Assembly (NCBI RefSeq): GCF_004010195.1
Contig: NC_057745.1
Location: 6,503,142 to 6,567,141, forward strand
Reading direction: 5' to 3'
DNA: 64,000 nt
Source: Chiloscyllium plagiosum
Lineage: Eukaryota
The notes below the pieces were generated by a model. The model was given only the letters and a program-made list of their open reading frames with translations, ran no database searches and had not been told where the DNA came from. Within the stretch, counting starts at the first letter, position 1, and every line of letters begins with the position of its first letter. Below are positions 14,080 through 25,600 of the stretch, piece by piece. A program made the position numbers and the translations under genes.

Positions 14080-14960
14080 AGAACACAGAACAGTAGAGCA
14101 CAGTACAGGCCCTTCAGCCCTTAATGTTGTGCCGACCCTTTATCCCTCTCTAAGATCAAACTAACCTGAATATCCTTTGTTTTACTATCATTCATGTGCT
14201 TATCCGAGAGTCGCTTAAATGTCCCGAATGCATCTGACTCTACCACCACCACTGGCAGTGCATTCCACACACCCACCACACTCTGTGTAAAGAACCAACC
14301 TCTGACATCTCCCTTAAACCTTCCGCAAATCACCTTAAAATTATGCCCCCTTGTGATAGCCGTTTCTGCCCTGGGGAATAAAGTCTCTGACCATACACTC
14401 TTTCTGCGCCTCTCATCATTGTATACACCTCCATTAAATCACCTCTCACCCTTCTTTGCTCCAGTGAGAAAAGCCTTAGCTCCCTCAACCTTTCTTCATA
14501 TGATATGCCCTTCAGTCCACGCAGCTTCCTGGTACATCTCCTCTGCACCCACGCTAAAGCTTCCATATTCTTCCTAGAATGAGGTGACCAGAACTGAACA
14601 CAATATTCCAAGTGTGGTCTAACCAGGGCTCTACAGAGCTGCAGCATAACTTTGTGACTTTTAAACTCAATCCACCAGCTAACGAAAGCTATCACACTAT
14701 ACACCTTCTTAACAACCTATCAACTTGGGTGGTAGTTTTGAGGGATCTATGGACATGGACCCCAAAATCCCTCTGTTCCTCCACACTGCCAAGAATCCTG
14801 CCTGTAACCCTGCATTCTGCATTCAAATTCAAATTCAACCTTACAAAATGAATCACTTTACACTTTTCCAGGTTGAACTCCATCTGCCATTTATCAGCCC
14901 AATTCTGCATCCTGTCAATGTTCTGTTGCAACCTACAACAGCCCTCCACACTATACCCCA
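14080..14960 (-). mobile_element. 5'-truncated CR1 LINE, nested in an older minus-strand CR1 remnant (~13965-15305)
   Basis: ORFs 14692..14961, 14330..14704 (LVRPHLEYCVQFWSP) and 14121..14333. Confidence 0.88.
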
Positions 14961-15335
14961 CTCATATTCATAGTTAGACATTGGTTAACCTCTGTTCTAA
15001 ACAGACTTAATGACTGAGCTTTCACAAGGTTCTGGTGTGGAGAATTCCAAAAGTTCACAATCCTCTGAATGAAAAAAATTCTCATCAACAGCTTCTCTCT
15101 AATTTTGAAATTATGCCTGCTTCTGCACCTACCCTATCTATCCTTTTAAGTATTTTCTAAGTTTCAATTAGATCACCTCGGACTCATCAAAACTTTAGAG
15201 AACACATGCCCAGCTTCCCCAATCTTTCTTCAAAGGACAATCCTGCTATTCCAGGAACAAGTCAAGTGAAGATTTGATGCACTCACTCTAATATCCTTCC
15301 TGAGGTATGTGGAATCCAGTTATTCAATTCAGACT

Positions 15336-15550
15336 TGATGTGGAGGTGCTGAACTGGGGTGGACAAAATCAGAGATTACATGACACCAGGTTATAGTCCA
15401 ACAGCTTTATTTGAAATCACAAACTTTTGGAATGCTGCTCCTTTGTCAGGTGAAGTCTTCACGTGATGAAGGAACAGCGCTCTGAAAGCTTGTGATTTCA
15501 AGTAAACCTATTGGACTATAACCTGGTGTTGTGTATCTTCTACTCCATTC
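15336..15550. mobile_element. Palindromic Penelope-derived element with decayed hammerhead cores in both arms
   Basis: Arms acaccaggttatagtccaa-ag-tttatttgaaatcacaa and its reverse complement; core gtgatga-aggaacagcgctct-gaaagctt. Sister copy at 42920-43120. Confidence 0.75.
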
Positions 15551-17577
15551 ATACTGATTGCTTTTTGCTATTGTTTTCTGGTGCCATGTAATTGTCTTCC
15601 TCAGTCTTCCCTTAACAATCTGCAGCTTTCCTGAAGGTGAAATTCATGTTACTTATTTATTTATCACCTTTTGGTTTCGTGAAACCTGTGGTGTCCATCA
15701 ATTTATTTCTTTCCGCACAAACAAGAAAGTAAGTCTCCTAAAAAAAAGGTTGTTCAAGCACAGGCAATTTTAAACTGCACATATGTGAGCTGTGTAAAAA
15801 CTTAAAAGACTTTGAAACAAAACATAGAACACAGACTCCCACTCTTACTCAGAATTACTGTTGCACAGACTAGACGCAAACAATGTTCAACTGCAAAAGA
15901 CCACTAACACTAAACACCAAGAATAAGATGGCTGGACTTCCGTCATGGAAATTCTATCATGTTTAGTAATACTCTGAACTATCACTTTCTTGAGCTCTTA
16001 AACTTTTCACAGAATGAAAGAACTCTGAAGCTCTGCTCAGCAGACTTATTAATAATAATAATAAAAAAATCAACACTTTCTTTTAACTATTCACATTTGA
16101 AACCTGACTAGGATTGAATGTTGACTAAACCCAGACATGGGTGGGCACATAATGAAAAGAAATCCCTGTAACCTAGAAAAAATGGGTTTGCTCACATCTG
16201 TACTCATTTTTATTTTTAAAAAGAGGCAGTGATCAGTAGCCAAACTGTAGTGTCTGGTATTCAAGTGGAATTACTGGGCACTCATTCCTGAAACTCTGCT
16301 GTCTGGTTCACAACTGGATGGTTATCTGACACACATTTATACAGTTCATAGATCTGACGAGATCAGGGAACAAGACGCTTTTGACTTTGTTGTTTATGGC
16401 TGATGAGGCTGAATCTTTGCATAAGTCATCCTGTATCAGCATTTTTGTGGCATCTGCTTATCTAACTCATGGTTTTTTGAGGAAAATTTTTAAGAATTGC
16501 AAAATGGAAATAAATCCAGTCAGAAGCATGAGTACAGGAAATAAAAGGAGCTTCTGCAAGTTCACGTCTCCAAAGAAGCTACCACTGTTGTTCAACACAA
16601 ATGGACAAAACTGCCCTGAGCGGTAAAGTACAAAGACTTTAACCTACAAGGTCCAAAGGTGATAGGAGGACACAAAGGTTGGCAACAGGAGACCAGAGAG
16701 AATAAAGTTGCAGTATCTGCAGCTAAATCAACTTGCGTGGGTTTGCTCCCATCATCCTAGAAGTGTACCAATCTACAATGTGTTTGAATGAGGGAATTCA
16801 CTTTCTGCTCTAAACAAGAAAGGATTTTTTTTTTTTAAAATATGTTAGCAACTAGTTACATAGCTCTGCTAGACACTGTCACAAAAACTTTGCGGATGGC
16901 CGAGATGCTAAATCTTGCTCCTCCAAGGTCCTAAGATGTACTACCCATGAGCTGATATATCATTATTGTAATTGGTAATGCTTACTTCATATCTCAGTAG
17001 TAACTCTTTCAGACCAACATGCAATAACGCTGACAGAAATGTCTGTTGTCTCTACATATGAAGTTAACCAGAGAAACACAGTTGTTGCTATGAATGACAC
17101 CCTGCATCTCCACATTCTGCGTTGTTTTGGTCTTTCTAAAACTCTGCATTGATCTCACTAAATGTCACTAACCTCAGTGATCAATGAAAAACGGGCGCTG
17201 CTAAGTTTCTAATGTAAAATGTAGGAAATGATACTTATGAATGATTATTGTGGCTTGGAAAAATAAACTTTACAAGTATGGAGCCTCATTCTCCAAGAAA
17301 AATTAATGGTTCAGATATTTAAGAAAAAGAAATAAATACTTATTTCATGTTTCTCTTCTCTGCCTCTCCCTTAATCTGGATGTCAAAAACTTTATTAAAT
17401 TTCCTGTGCACTGCTGTACGTAATTAATATTTCCTGTTTTTCACTCTTGCTTTGCAGTCTGCAAGCCTCAGTTAAGAACCTTCAAATTGATTGGTTAAGG
17501 AGTGTCCAGCTTCTAGGCATGCTCACCATTATCACAGATTCCCTCAGAGGTTGCCACATTGGATCAAATATGTGCTT

Positions 17578-17860
17578 ATGGGCTGGGTATCCTTTCTCCC
17601 CATGTTTGAAAACCAAAAAGACCTGACAATTAAAGGTCTTTTTGAAAGTGGACATGAACAGATCGAAATAGACCAGTACAGACCAGTTCAGAAAAATATT
17701 TCACTTTTCAGACTAAGCAAAGCTTTTTTCGCCCCCCCAAAGAGCCTGAGTGGACACTCGCAGATCTATGGGGACATGTAAGTGTATACGATAAACAAAA
17801 TATCCCTCATCTAAAAACCAGCTGGTCCCGAGGTTTTCAGATAAAGGATTCCCAGCCCTT
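17578..17860. mobile_element. Degenerate Tigger/pogo-like MITE
   Basis: Terminal inverted similarity gggctgggtatccttt / aaaggattcccagccc. Confidence 0.5.
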
Positions 17861-17989
17861 CATCGAATTCTGCGTGGGGAAATCAGTAAATGATCTCCCG
17901 GTAACTATACAGAGCTTAATGGCTCAGAGCAAAGTCTGAGCCTGAATGGAGCAAATATTATGCTTTGTATGCAGGTCAAGAGCTGATCA

Positions 17990-18084
17990 GTGTTGTAGTG
18001 ATTGGAAGCAGTTGAATATCCTTGATTGGGGTTGTTAACCTGAGCTAATCATGGAGCCCAAGCTGACAGATATAAACAGGAGAT
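17990..18084 (+). mobile_element. 5' part of an LTR-like sequence (3' part resumes near 21948-22015)
   Basis: cttgattggggttgttaacctgagctaatcatggagcccaagctgacagatataaacagg aligns by eye with the TG...CA element at 57210-57492. Confidence 0.6.
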
Positions 18085-18294
18085 AGGGCACTCTTGTAGT
18101 ACAGCATTATGTGTTCAGACATAGGAACACGAGGTTGGGTTCAAGTCTCACCTGCTCCAGAGGTACATGATAACATCTCTGAACAGGCTGATTGGAAAAA
18201 TAGGTTAATTAAAAAAGAAAACAGTTCATCTTAACAAGAGTTAGTGGAGTCAGCACAGATACATTGCCACCTCTGCAGAATAAATTATGAAAAT
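18085..18294 (+). mobile_element. Extended tRNA-derived SINE copy S1 with 14-bp TSD TATAAACAGGAGAT
   Basis: TSD at 18071-18084 and 18295-18308; 115-bp family head plus ~95-bp extra tail ending aataaattatga. Confidence 0.75.
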
Positions 18295-18308
18295 TATAAA
18301 CAGGAGAT

Positions 18309-20186
18309 TCAGAGAGTCCCCTGGTTCTAGGGACTAACTCTGTGCTGGCTGGGCCATAGTCAGTGTGTTCCTGCTGCTGTTAGTTTCTGCTTCTTTTAGG
18401 GTGGAAATCTGATTCCTGAACTGGCTGAATTATATAGCCAGCTTGTTAACTGATATTTCTTTTTATTGAGGACTGATTTTTAAACTGCCTGATCTAAACA
18501 GTCAATGTGTTTCAACTGTAACTTAGTTCTCATTAGGGAACTGTTGTTTCACTGGCTGGTTCCAGCCTAGGTGTTACTCTTTTCTCTTTGAGAACTGTGC
18601 TGATTTAGAGACAGGGCTCAGGCCTTCTACTCTGGATCTCTTTCTTTTGAATGTGTTTTCACTTGTTTGGACTGAGCCTTTGTGAGAAAATACATCTTCC
18701 CAGATGAGTTAGCCCGGCCCTTTGTTTGTCACTAGGCCTCTGTAAAGACTGAACTCACCTGTGTGTGCTGGGAGATGAGCAATTGCTGCATCCTGGAATG
18801 GACCAACCCCCAGTGAGTTAACTGCACCTTTACAATGTACTATGATCCTATGAGTGAGCCTGGTCCTTAAGATGGAAGAGGCCTCTGTAGACTGAACACC
18901 CATGTGTGTGGTGTGGACTCTGCCTTTGGGACTGGGCCAAGCTCCTGTGAGTTAACTGCAGCTTCACAATGTTCCTTAGAGTGGGCCTGGTTCTCCCTGG
19001 AAGGACCAGGCCTCTATGGAGAGTGAACACCTGTGTGTGTGCTGGGATGTGAGCATTTTCTACATCCTGGGGTCCAGGCGTGGATTCTGCCTTCGGGCAT
19101 GGAATCTAAGTAGTGGAAACTGTATTAGGATTTTGTGAATATTGTTACTATCTGTGGGTTTTGTAATTATTTATGTTTGAGTGCAGGCCAGAGTTAGTTA
19201 GTCAGTACATGGGGAGGCTGGGAGCTGGAGGGTCACTGGCCTGGGGGAAAGTGGGCTGGGGGAAGGGGCAGGGGTTCTGTTAGTATGCAGGGTGGCTGGG
19301 GGCTAGGCAGCTGATAGCGTGCCTGTAGGAAAGCTGGTCAAGGGAGGGGCAGCCAGTACATGGGCTGGCTGGGGGCCGGAGGCTCAATGACCAGCCTGGG
19401 GAAAAGTGGGCTGTGAGGAGCCTGTCAGTGTGTGGGGTGGGTGGGGCCAGGTAACTGATAGCATCCTCGCAGGAAATCTGGTATACTGCAGGCTGGTCAG
19501 TACGCAGGGAGGCTGGTCTGTGAGTCGGCTGGTCTGTAGGAAAACTGGCCAGGAGAAAGGGTCAGTCAGCATGAGAGGTGGCCGGGTGCTGGAAGGCAGA
19601 TAGCCCGGTTGTAGGAAAGCAGGTCAGGGGTGGTTTGGTTAGTACGTGGGGTGACTGTGAGCCAGTGGCTGACGTCCATCCTGGAGGAACGTGGGCTGAG
19701 GGTTACTCAGCACGCAGGGTGGGCGAAGACCAGAAGGCCAACACCCAGCTCATAGGAAAGTGGCCCGGGGGTCGTCCGGTCAGTACGCGGGGTGACCAGG
19801 AGCTGGGTAGTCAACAAGCAGCCTGGAGAAAATGGGCCTGGGGAGGGTTGGTCAGTATGCAGGGCGGCCGGAGACTGGAAGGCCGACTGTCCTGCAGGAA
19901 AGCTAGGGAAAGATGGTCTGATCAGTATGTGGTGGGGACAGGTGTCGGGTGTCTTATTTATAGCTATATTGGATCTGTGTTTTAGGCACTGTCTTGCCTG
20001 TGTTGGTTACTATTATCTTTGTGATGAATGGAAGTGGGATTTGAGGAATCTCCTCATTTCCCTGAAAACTGGTTGAACGGTGGAGTTTGGCTTTGTTGCC
20101 CTTTCCCCTTTATATAGTGTGTTTTGTGAACTGCTGCTTTCTGTTTATTAATAACTGTGTATGTTGTACTGGTAATAATAAAAAAA
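18309..20186 (+). mobile_element. Non-coding composite retroposon-like unit E1 (T-rich leader, internal subrepeats, G-rich VNTR, AATAAA/A-rich end)
   Basis: Homologous to 20405-21728 at both ends; ends aataataaaaaaa followed by acaggaaat. Confidence 0.6.
19200..19940 (+). repeat. G-rich minisatellite, ~71-bp period, ~11 diverged copies
   Basis: Marker gtcagtac recurs near 19203, 19281, 19355, 19426, 19498, 19567, 19641, 19709, 19781, 19853 and 19923. Confidence 0.8.
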
Positions 20187-20195
20187 ACAGGAAAT

Positions 20196-20397
20196 ATGGC
20201 ACTCTTGTGGTATAGTGTTAGGTACCTATTTCTGAACATAGAGGCTTGGGTTCCAGTCCCACCTGCTCCAGAGGTATGTAATAACATCTTTGAACAGGTG
20301 GATTGGAAAATAGACATTTTTCTTCATTAGCCTATCTTAACAAGAGCTAGTGGAGTCAGCACAGACACACTGCTCTGCAAACTAAATTATGAGAAAA
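20196..20397 (+). mobile_element. Extended SINE copy S2
   Basis: Aligns with S1, including the tail cttaacaagag-tagtggagtcagcacaga. Confidence 0.75.
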
Positions 20398-20404
20398 TGG
20401 AGAT

Positions 20405-21728
20405 TCAGAGTCCCCTGGTTCTAGGGATTGACTCTGTGCTGGCTGGGCCACAGTCAGTGTGTTCCTGCTGTTGGTTTCTGCTTTTTTTTTAAGGGGGAAC
20501 CCAATTCCTGAACTGTCATTCCTTTTTTAGTGAGAACTGATTTCTAAACTGCCTGATTTGAACAGTCAATGTGTTTCAGGTGTAACTCCGTTCTCATTCG
20601 GGAACTGTTGCTTCACTGGCTGGTTACAGCCTGTGTGTTACTCTTTCTCTTTTTGAGAGGAGGATTATGCTAATTCTGTGGCAGGGCACAGCCCTTGCAC
20701 TCTGGTTTTCTTTCTTTCAAATGTGTTTTTGGTGTTTGGACTGAGCCATTGTGAGAAAATACATCTTTCCAGATGAGCCATTTCTGTGGGTAGGTCTCAT
20801 CCTTAGTCAGTGGGCTAGGCCTCGATGAAGACTGAACACCTGTGTGTGCACGTTGGGAGGTGAGCATTTGCTGCATCCTGGAGTTAGGGGTTTGGTCCAC
20901 TCCCGGTGAGTTAACTGCACCTTTACGACATATTGTGTTCCTGTGAGTGGTCATGACTCTATGGAGATTGAACACATATGTGCTGTGCATTTACTGCCTT
21001 CAGGAGTGGACTCTGCCCTCAGTTGTGGACTGTTTTTAGCAACGGACTCTGCAGTTTGGAATGGACTCCATTGCACTTTGTATACTGGAGTGGACTCTGT
21101 TCCTGGGAATTGACTCTACATTTTGAAGAGAACTATTTATGGTAAAGAAGTCTGTACTAGAAGGGACTCATTTGTTTGTTGTTATTTGACTCTCCTTCTT
21201 TGTTGGGTTTACCACCTGCACTGTCTTATAGGTCCCTGGGTCTGGCACGTCTCACTGTGAGGTTCATAGATTGTCTTGAAAGCTGTCACCCTGAGAGCCA
21301 GAGAGTAGGTAGGTCATTCTAAGCGCTGTCATCCTGAGTGGGGGTAATCGGGATGGGTTGTCCTAGAGGTGGTCGGAAGGTGTGTCAGAGCTGCCGAGAG
21401 TAGGAAGGGACATGGGGCAGATAGAGAGCCAGTAAGGGCGGATTGCCTTAGAGTGGCTGGACGGACAGGTGGCTTGCTGGGGGGGGGGGGGGGGGTGTCT
21501 ATATTCTATGCACTTCATAAAATCTAATTGGACTGTCTTATGTATTCGTTACTGTTTTGTGATGACAAAGTGGGATTTGAGGTTTGTCCTCATTTCTCCC
21601 CAACTGGTGGAACAGTAGGGTTTGGGGCCTGGCTTTACTGCTCCTCTCCCTTGTAAAATTGCTATTTCTCTGTATACAGCTGTTAATGTTAATTTTTTGT
21701 TTGTAAATGATATTTTAATAAAATATGA
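20405..21728 (+). mobile_element. Composite unit E2 (diverged relative of E1, with a different G-rich middle and a poly-G run at 21479-21495)
   Basis: First ~550 bp and last ~200 bp align with E1; ends aataaaatatga followed by acaggagat. Confidence 0.6.
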
Positions 21729-21737
21729 ACAGGAGAT

Positions 21738-21947
21738 AGGGCACTCTTGAGGTATAGCGTTTGTGTCCCTGTTTCTGTACACAGGCTTGGGTTCAAGTCC
21801 CACCTGCTCTAGAGGTATGTAATAACATCTCTGAACACGTTAATTGGAAAAATAGGTTAATAAAAAAGAACTATTTATCCTAACAAGAGCTTGTGGAGTT
21901 AGCACAGACACAGTGCTATCTCTGCAAATTAATTATTTAAAAAAAAA
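21738..21947 (+). mobile_element. Extended SINE copy S3
   Basis: Aligns with S1 and S2; A-run at 3' end. Confidence 0.75.
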
Positions 21948-22014
21948 GATTTGGAGTCTCGTTTTAGGGACTGGTTCTGAGCTGACTGGTCAGAGATGGT
22001 CATGTAATTAAGGC

Positions 22015-22625
22015 ACATGGAATTTTAGCCTTTATTGTTAAAAGTTTAAAACAGCAAAGTATTGTTTCAACTGTGTAGGTGAGACTAAACTGGAGTACTG
22101 TGTACAACTTGGTGCCTGTATTTGACAATAAATAGATTCGCTTTGGAGGTAGCTTAAAATAGATTATCTTGACTGTGTCTCCTGGAATGAAGAGGTTGAT
22201 TAGTCAAGAATAGTTAAACAGGTTAGGCCTTAATCATTAGACTTTATAAAAGAGTCATTTTATTAAAATGTACAAGATTCTGAGGGGACCCATGTTGAGA
22301 AGATGACTTGTTTAGTGGGGAAATCTGAAACTCGGACACTGGCACAGAATAAGGGGACACCCATTTCAAATTGAGATATAAAGGAAAGTCTTCTCCCAGA
22401 GAGTAGTGAGTATTTGAAATTCTCTACGTCAGAGTTGTGGAGGCTACATCACAAACTATTTCAAGAGGGGACATATAACTGATTTCTGAATTCAGGGAGT
22501 TGAGGGCTATGAGTAGCTGCCAAAAACAGAAGTTGAAGTCTGGGGCAGATGAACCATGATTTCACTGAATGGTGGTAAAACTTGAAGGACTGAATGGTCT
22601 GTTCCTACTTCTAATTCTTATGAGC
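22015..22625 (+). mobile_element. Old degenerate CR1 3' region
   Basis: Remnants of ctggagtactgtgtaca (LEYCV) and tail cctacttctaattcttatg. Confidence 0.6.
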
Positions 22626-25600
22626 TTATTTTGTTGGCAAGGACTGACATTAAAACTAGTCAGTGAGGGACAGGAGGAGGCCTTTCACAATGTCGGGCAT
22701 TCAATGAGGTTGTGATACAAATTTACTCGAATTACTCAGTTGCCCTTTAACTCTTGTGGTTCCTCTTCCTGCTGTTGGGAGCTTGAATGGACAGTAGTGT
22801 ACGTAACTTAAACATCTTTTGAATACAGAAAATCCCTGTTTCCACATTATGCAACACTCTATGTTGTTGCTTGTCATCAACACCCTCCTGATTCTCAAGC
22901 CATTTGTAAAGCTTCACCCTAAAACCTATGAAAGCAGAAGGCCATCAATATCTGAGATTTCAAGGTGAGACAGGGCAATGTAAAAACTGAAAATAATTAA
23001 AAGGGTGGATGGACTGAAAACATGATTGAGGAGAATTCCAATGGCCTGTGATGCAATGTAAACGTCTGTAGTGTGAGTACAGTGGTCAAATTGTAAGTGG
23101 CAGACAGCAGGGTCTAGGATGTGGGTACTGGATAAGATTTAGGGAAAAGAACAAGAAATTCACACACAAGAGCTGGCCTGAACTCTGATGCCTGTAGTTA
23201 AACAGCTGCTGTATGGAGTTAAACAAAGGAGGCACTTGCTGCTCTGGCTCTGAATGGATCCCATGTGATTAGAACTGGATATATCACGAGTTCCACAGAA
23301 AAACAAATTACATAAATTAGTCATAAGAGTATCCAAAATAAAATGTACCAAGGTATGAACATGCTTAACTTTAATATTATAATTCTAACATCCAGTAGAC
23401 CTTCATCCTTTCATTACCTTAAGAAGAGAGGTAAAAAAACGTATCGACTCTTGCTGGTGTACAGAATAACAAAGGCAGCACTGACCTGGCTGAAGAGCAT
23501 ACAACAGGCATTTGCTATTTTTAAGCTTCATTCTTGGTATGTGTGCACTGATGACAAGTGTGACATCTACAAATTAATGGTTGCTGGGCCATTTCAGAGT
23601 CAACTATGTTGGGTGGCCAGATCAGGTTAGGATAGCAGATTTCCTCTGTGAAGCACATCGATGAAACAATTGTTTCTTTTAAATCGACAATATGGTTGCT
23701 TAACGATTATTATTAATGAAGGGATTGGCACTCTTGTCTCCTAAAGACTAACCCAAATCTGAATTTCTAGCCCAGTAATAAATCCAAGCACATATTAAGA
23801 ATGGCCAAATGCCTTTGAGCTTCTCTTCCTGGATTCCTCAAGGAATTTGGTTTTCTATTACTTAATGAAAAAGAGAGTGAACTCTAGTTCACACACTAGA
23901 ATGGGAGATTGGAGGCAACTGATAGACGTTCACGGGATGAATCCCAGTCTGGGATAGAGGAGCGAGAAAAAATAAATAGCTGGAAGGACATGCTATGCAG
24001 CAGAGTTGCTTTTATAAATTATAGGCTGGTAATTTGTAAGGTTATCCCACTGAGTGAACAGGAGGAGGAGTAGAGTCATCTGGTCCCTTGAGTCTGTCCC
24101 ATCATTCATTAAGACCAAGGTTGATCTGATCTTGGCCACAACTTCACCTTACGGATTGTTCCCGCAAGTCTGGACTCCCTGATAGGGTCAAACATCTGTC
24201 TATCTCAGGTTTGAACATATGGCCTAGCTTGCATAGCTCTGAGGTACAGAATTCCGAAATGTTGAAAAACGTTAAATTCCTCTTTTTCACCTTAAATAGG
24301 AGCCCCTAATTTCAGAAACTATAGGCAAGGCCTTTCCATCCCTAGGACTAACAAGGGAAGGTGGTGGAAAGGGTAAATAATCTGGACACAACCACCCCTT
24401 CCTATTCTGTCACCCAATTCAGGCCCGTGCGTGGTCAATTACAACCACATAGACCTCAACCTACCACTGACCTGAAGAACAACCTTGAACGCAGTGGCAC
24501 AAGATGTTGCCTTCCCAACTGAGGAAGCAGGGCTCCTGTCTGCCTGGTTCGGAGGAAGTGGTCCAATTTGCCCCAATCTGGGGAACGGGCCAGGGATGGA
24601 GAAAAGATGGTGGCCAGTGAAAGAAATCTCTTTCCTCAAACACACCTGACACCCACCCCTCTTCCCCCGGCCCTGACTTATTCCCAAAAAACACTTAACA
24701 TGAACTAATGAGAAGCTAAGATGGCTGCTCTCCATAACCAGCACAATGTGCTTATGAGGAGTCTCATCAGCTCCCCGGTGGTGCTTCTTGGTCGCGGTAT
24801 CTGATAGATCGAGAAACCTGCCAGTCAGCACTTAAGTGCCTGACTTGCACTTGATCTGGTGAGTTTCACATTGTATGGATGCAGTGTCTCTATTTCTCTC
24901 TTGCTTTTAAAGGTACCATCCTCCACATTCAGAAACAAAGGAAGGAAAATGTCGGCCAAAGTTCCCTTATTCTGGAATCCTCTATCAAAACAGCCATCCT
25001 CTTGGCATCTACCCTGTCAAAGTCTTACATACTTCAATAAAGCCCCCTCTTATTCCTCTACAATTCAATGAATATAGGTCCAACCGCTTCAATTATTTCC
25101 TTATAAGACAAGTCATACATCTTATGACTCCAATGTATGGAGGCGAAAACCGTATGCAGTCCTCAAGTTATTGGTGGGATCACACCTCAAGTTATACTAA
25201 GGTTTCCCTCCTTTAATACATCACTCCCCCTTGCAATAAAGATCAAACATTCCATTTGCCTTCCTAATTGTTTACTGTCCTGCCATTAACACATTGTGTT
25301 AGATGACCAATCACACCCAGATCCCACTGTACCATTGCAATCCACAGTCATTCACTATTTAAATAATCTTTTGCTTCCCCTGTTCTTCTTACCGAAGTGG
25401 ATAATCTCACATTTTCCCACATCATACTCAGCTAACAAAACGTTTTGGGCCCATTTACCTATCCATATTCCCTTTGCAGGCTCTTTGTGCCAGGGCTGGG
25501 ATTAAGGTAGCACTAATCTGTCAGCTCTCCCATTCCATCCTGCCTCTGGCTTGGTTTTGCATGCAGGAGGTTCACAATGGTCATCCAGAGTTCCTCGAGG

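Noticed and set aside
17423-17458. Possible continuation of the C1 domain (NCKARV...)
   Set aside because: No His or second Cys, a stop after 11 codons, and a weak acceptor.
19384-20076. Several overlapping ORFs in the G-rich region
   Set aside because: They are by-products of the stop-poor minisatellite.
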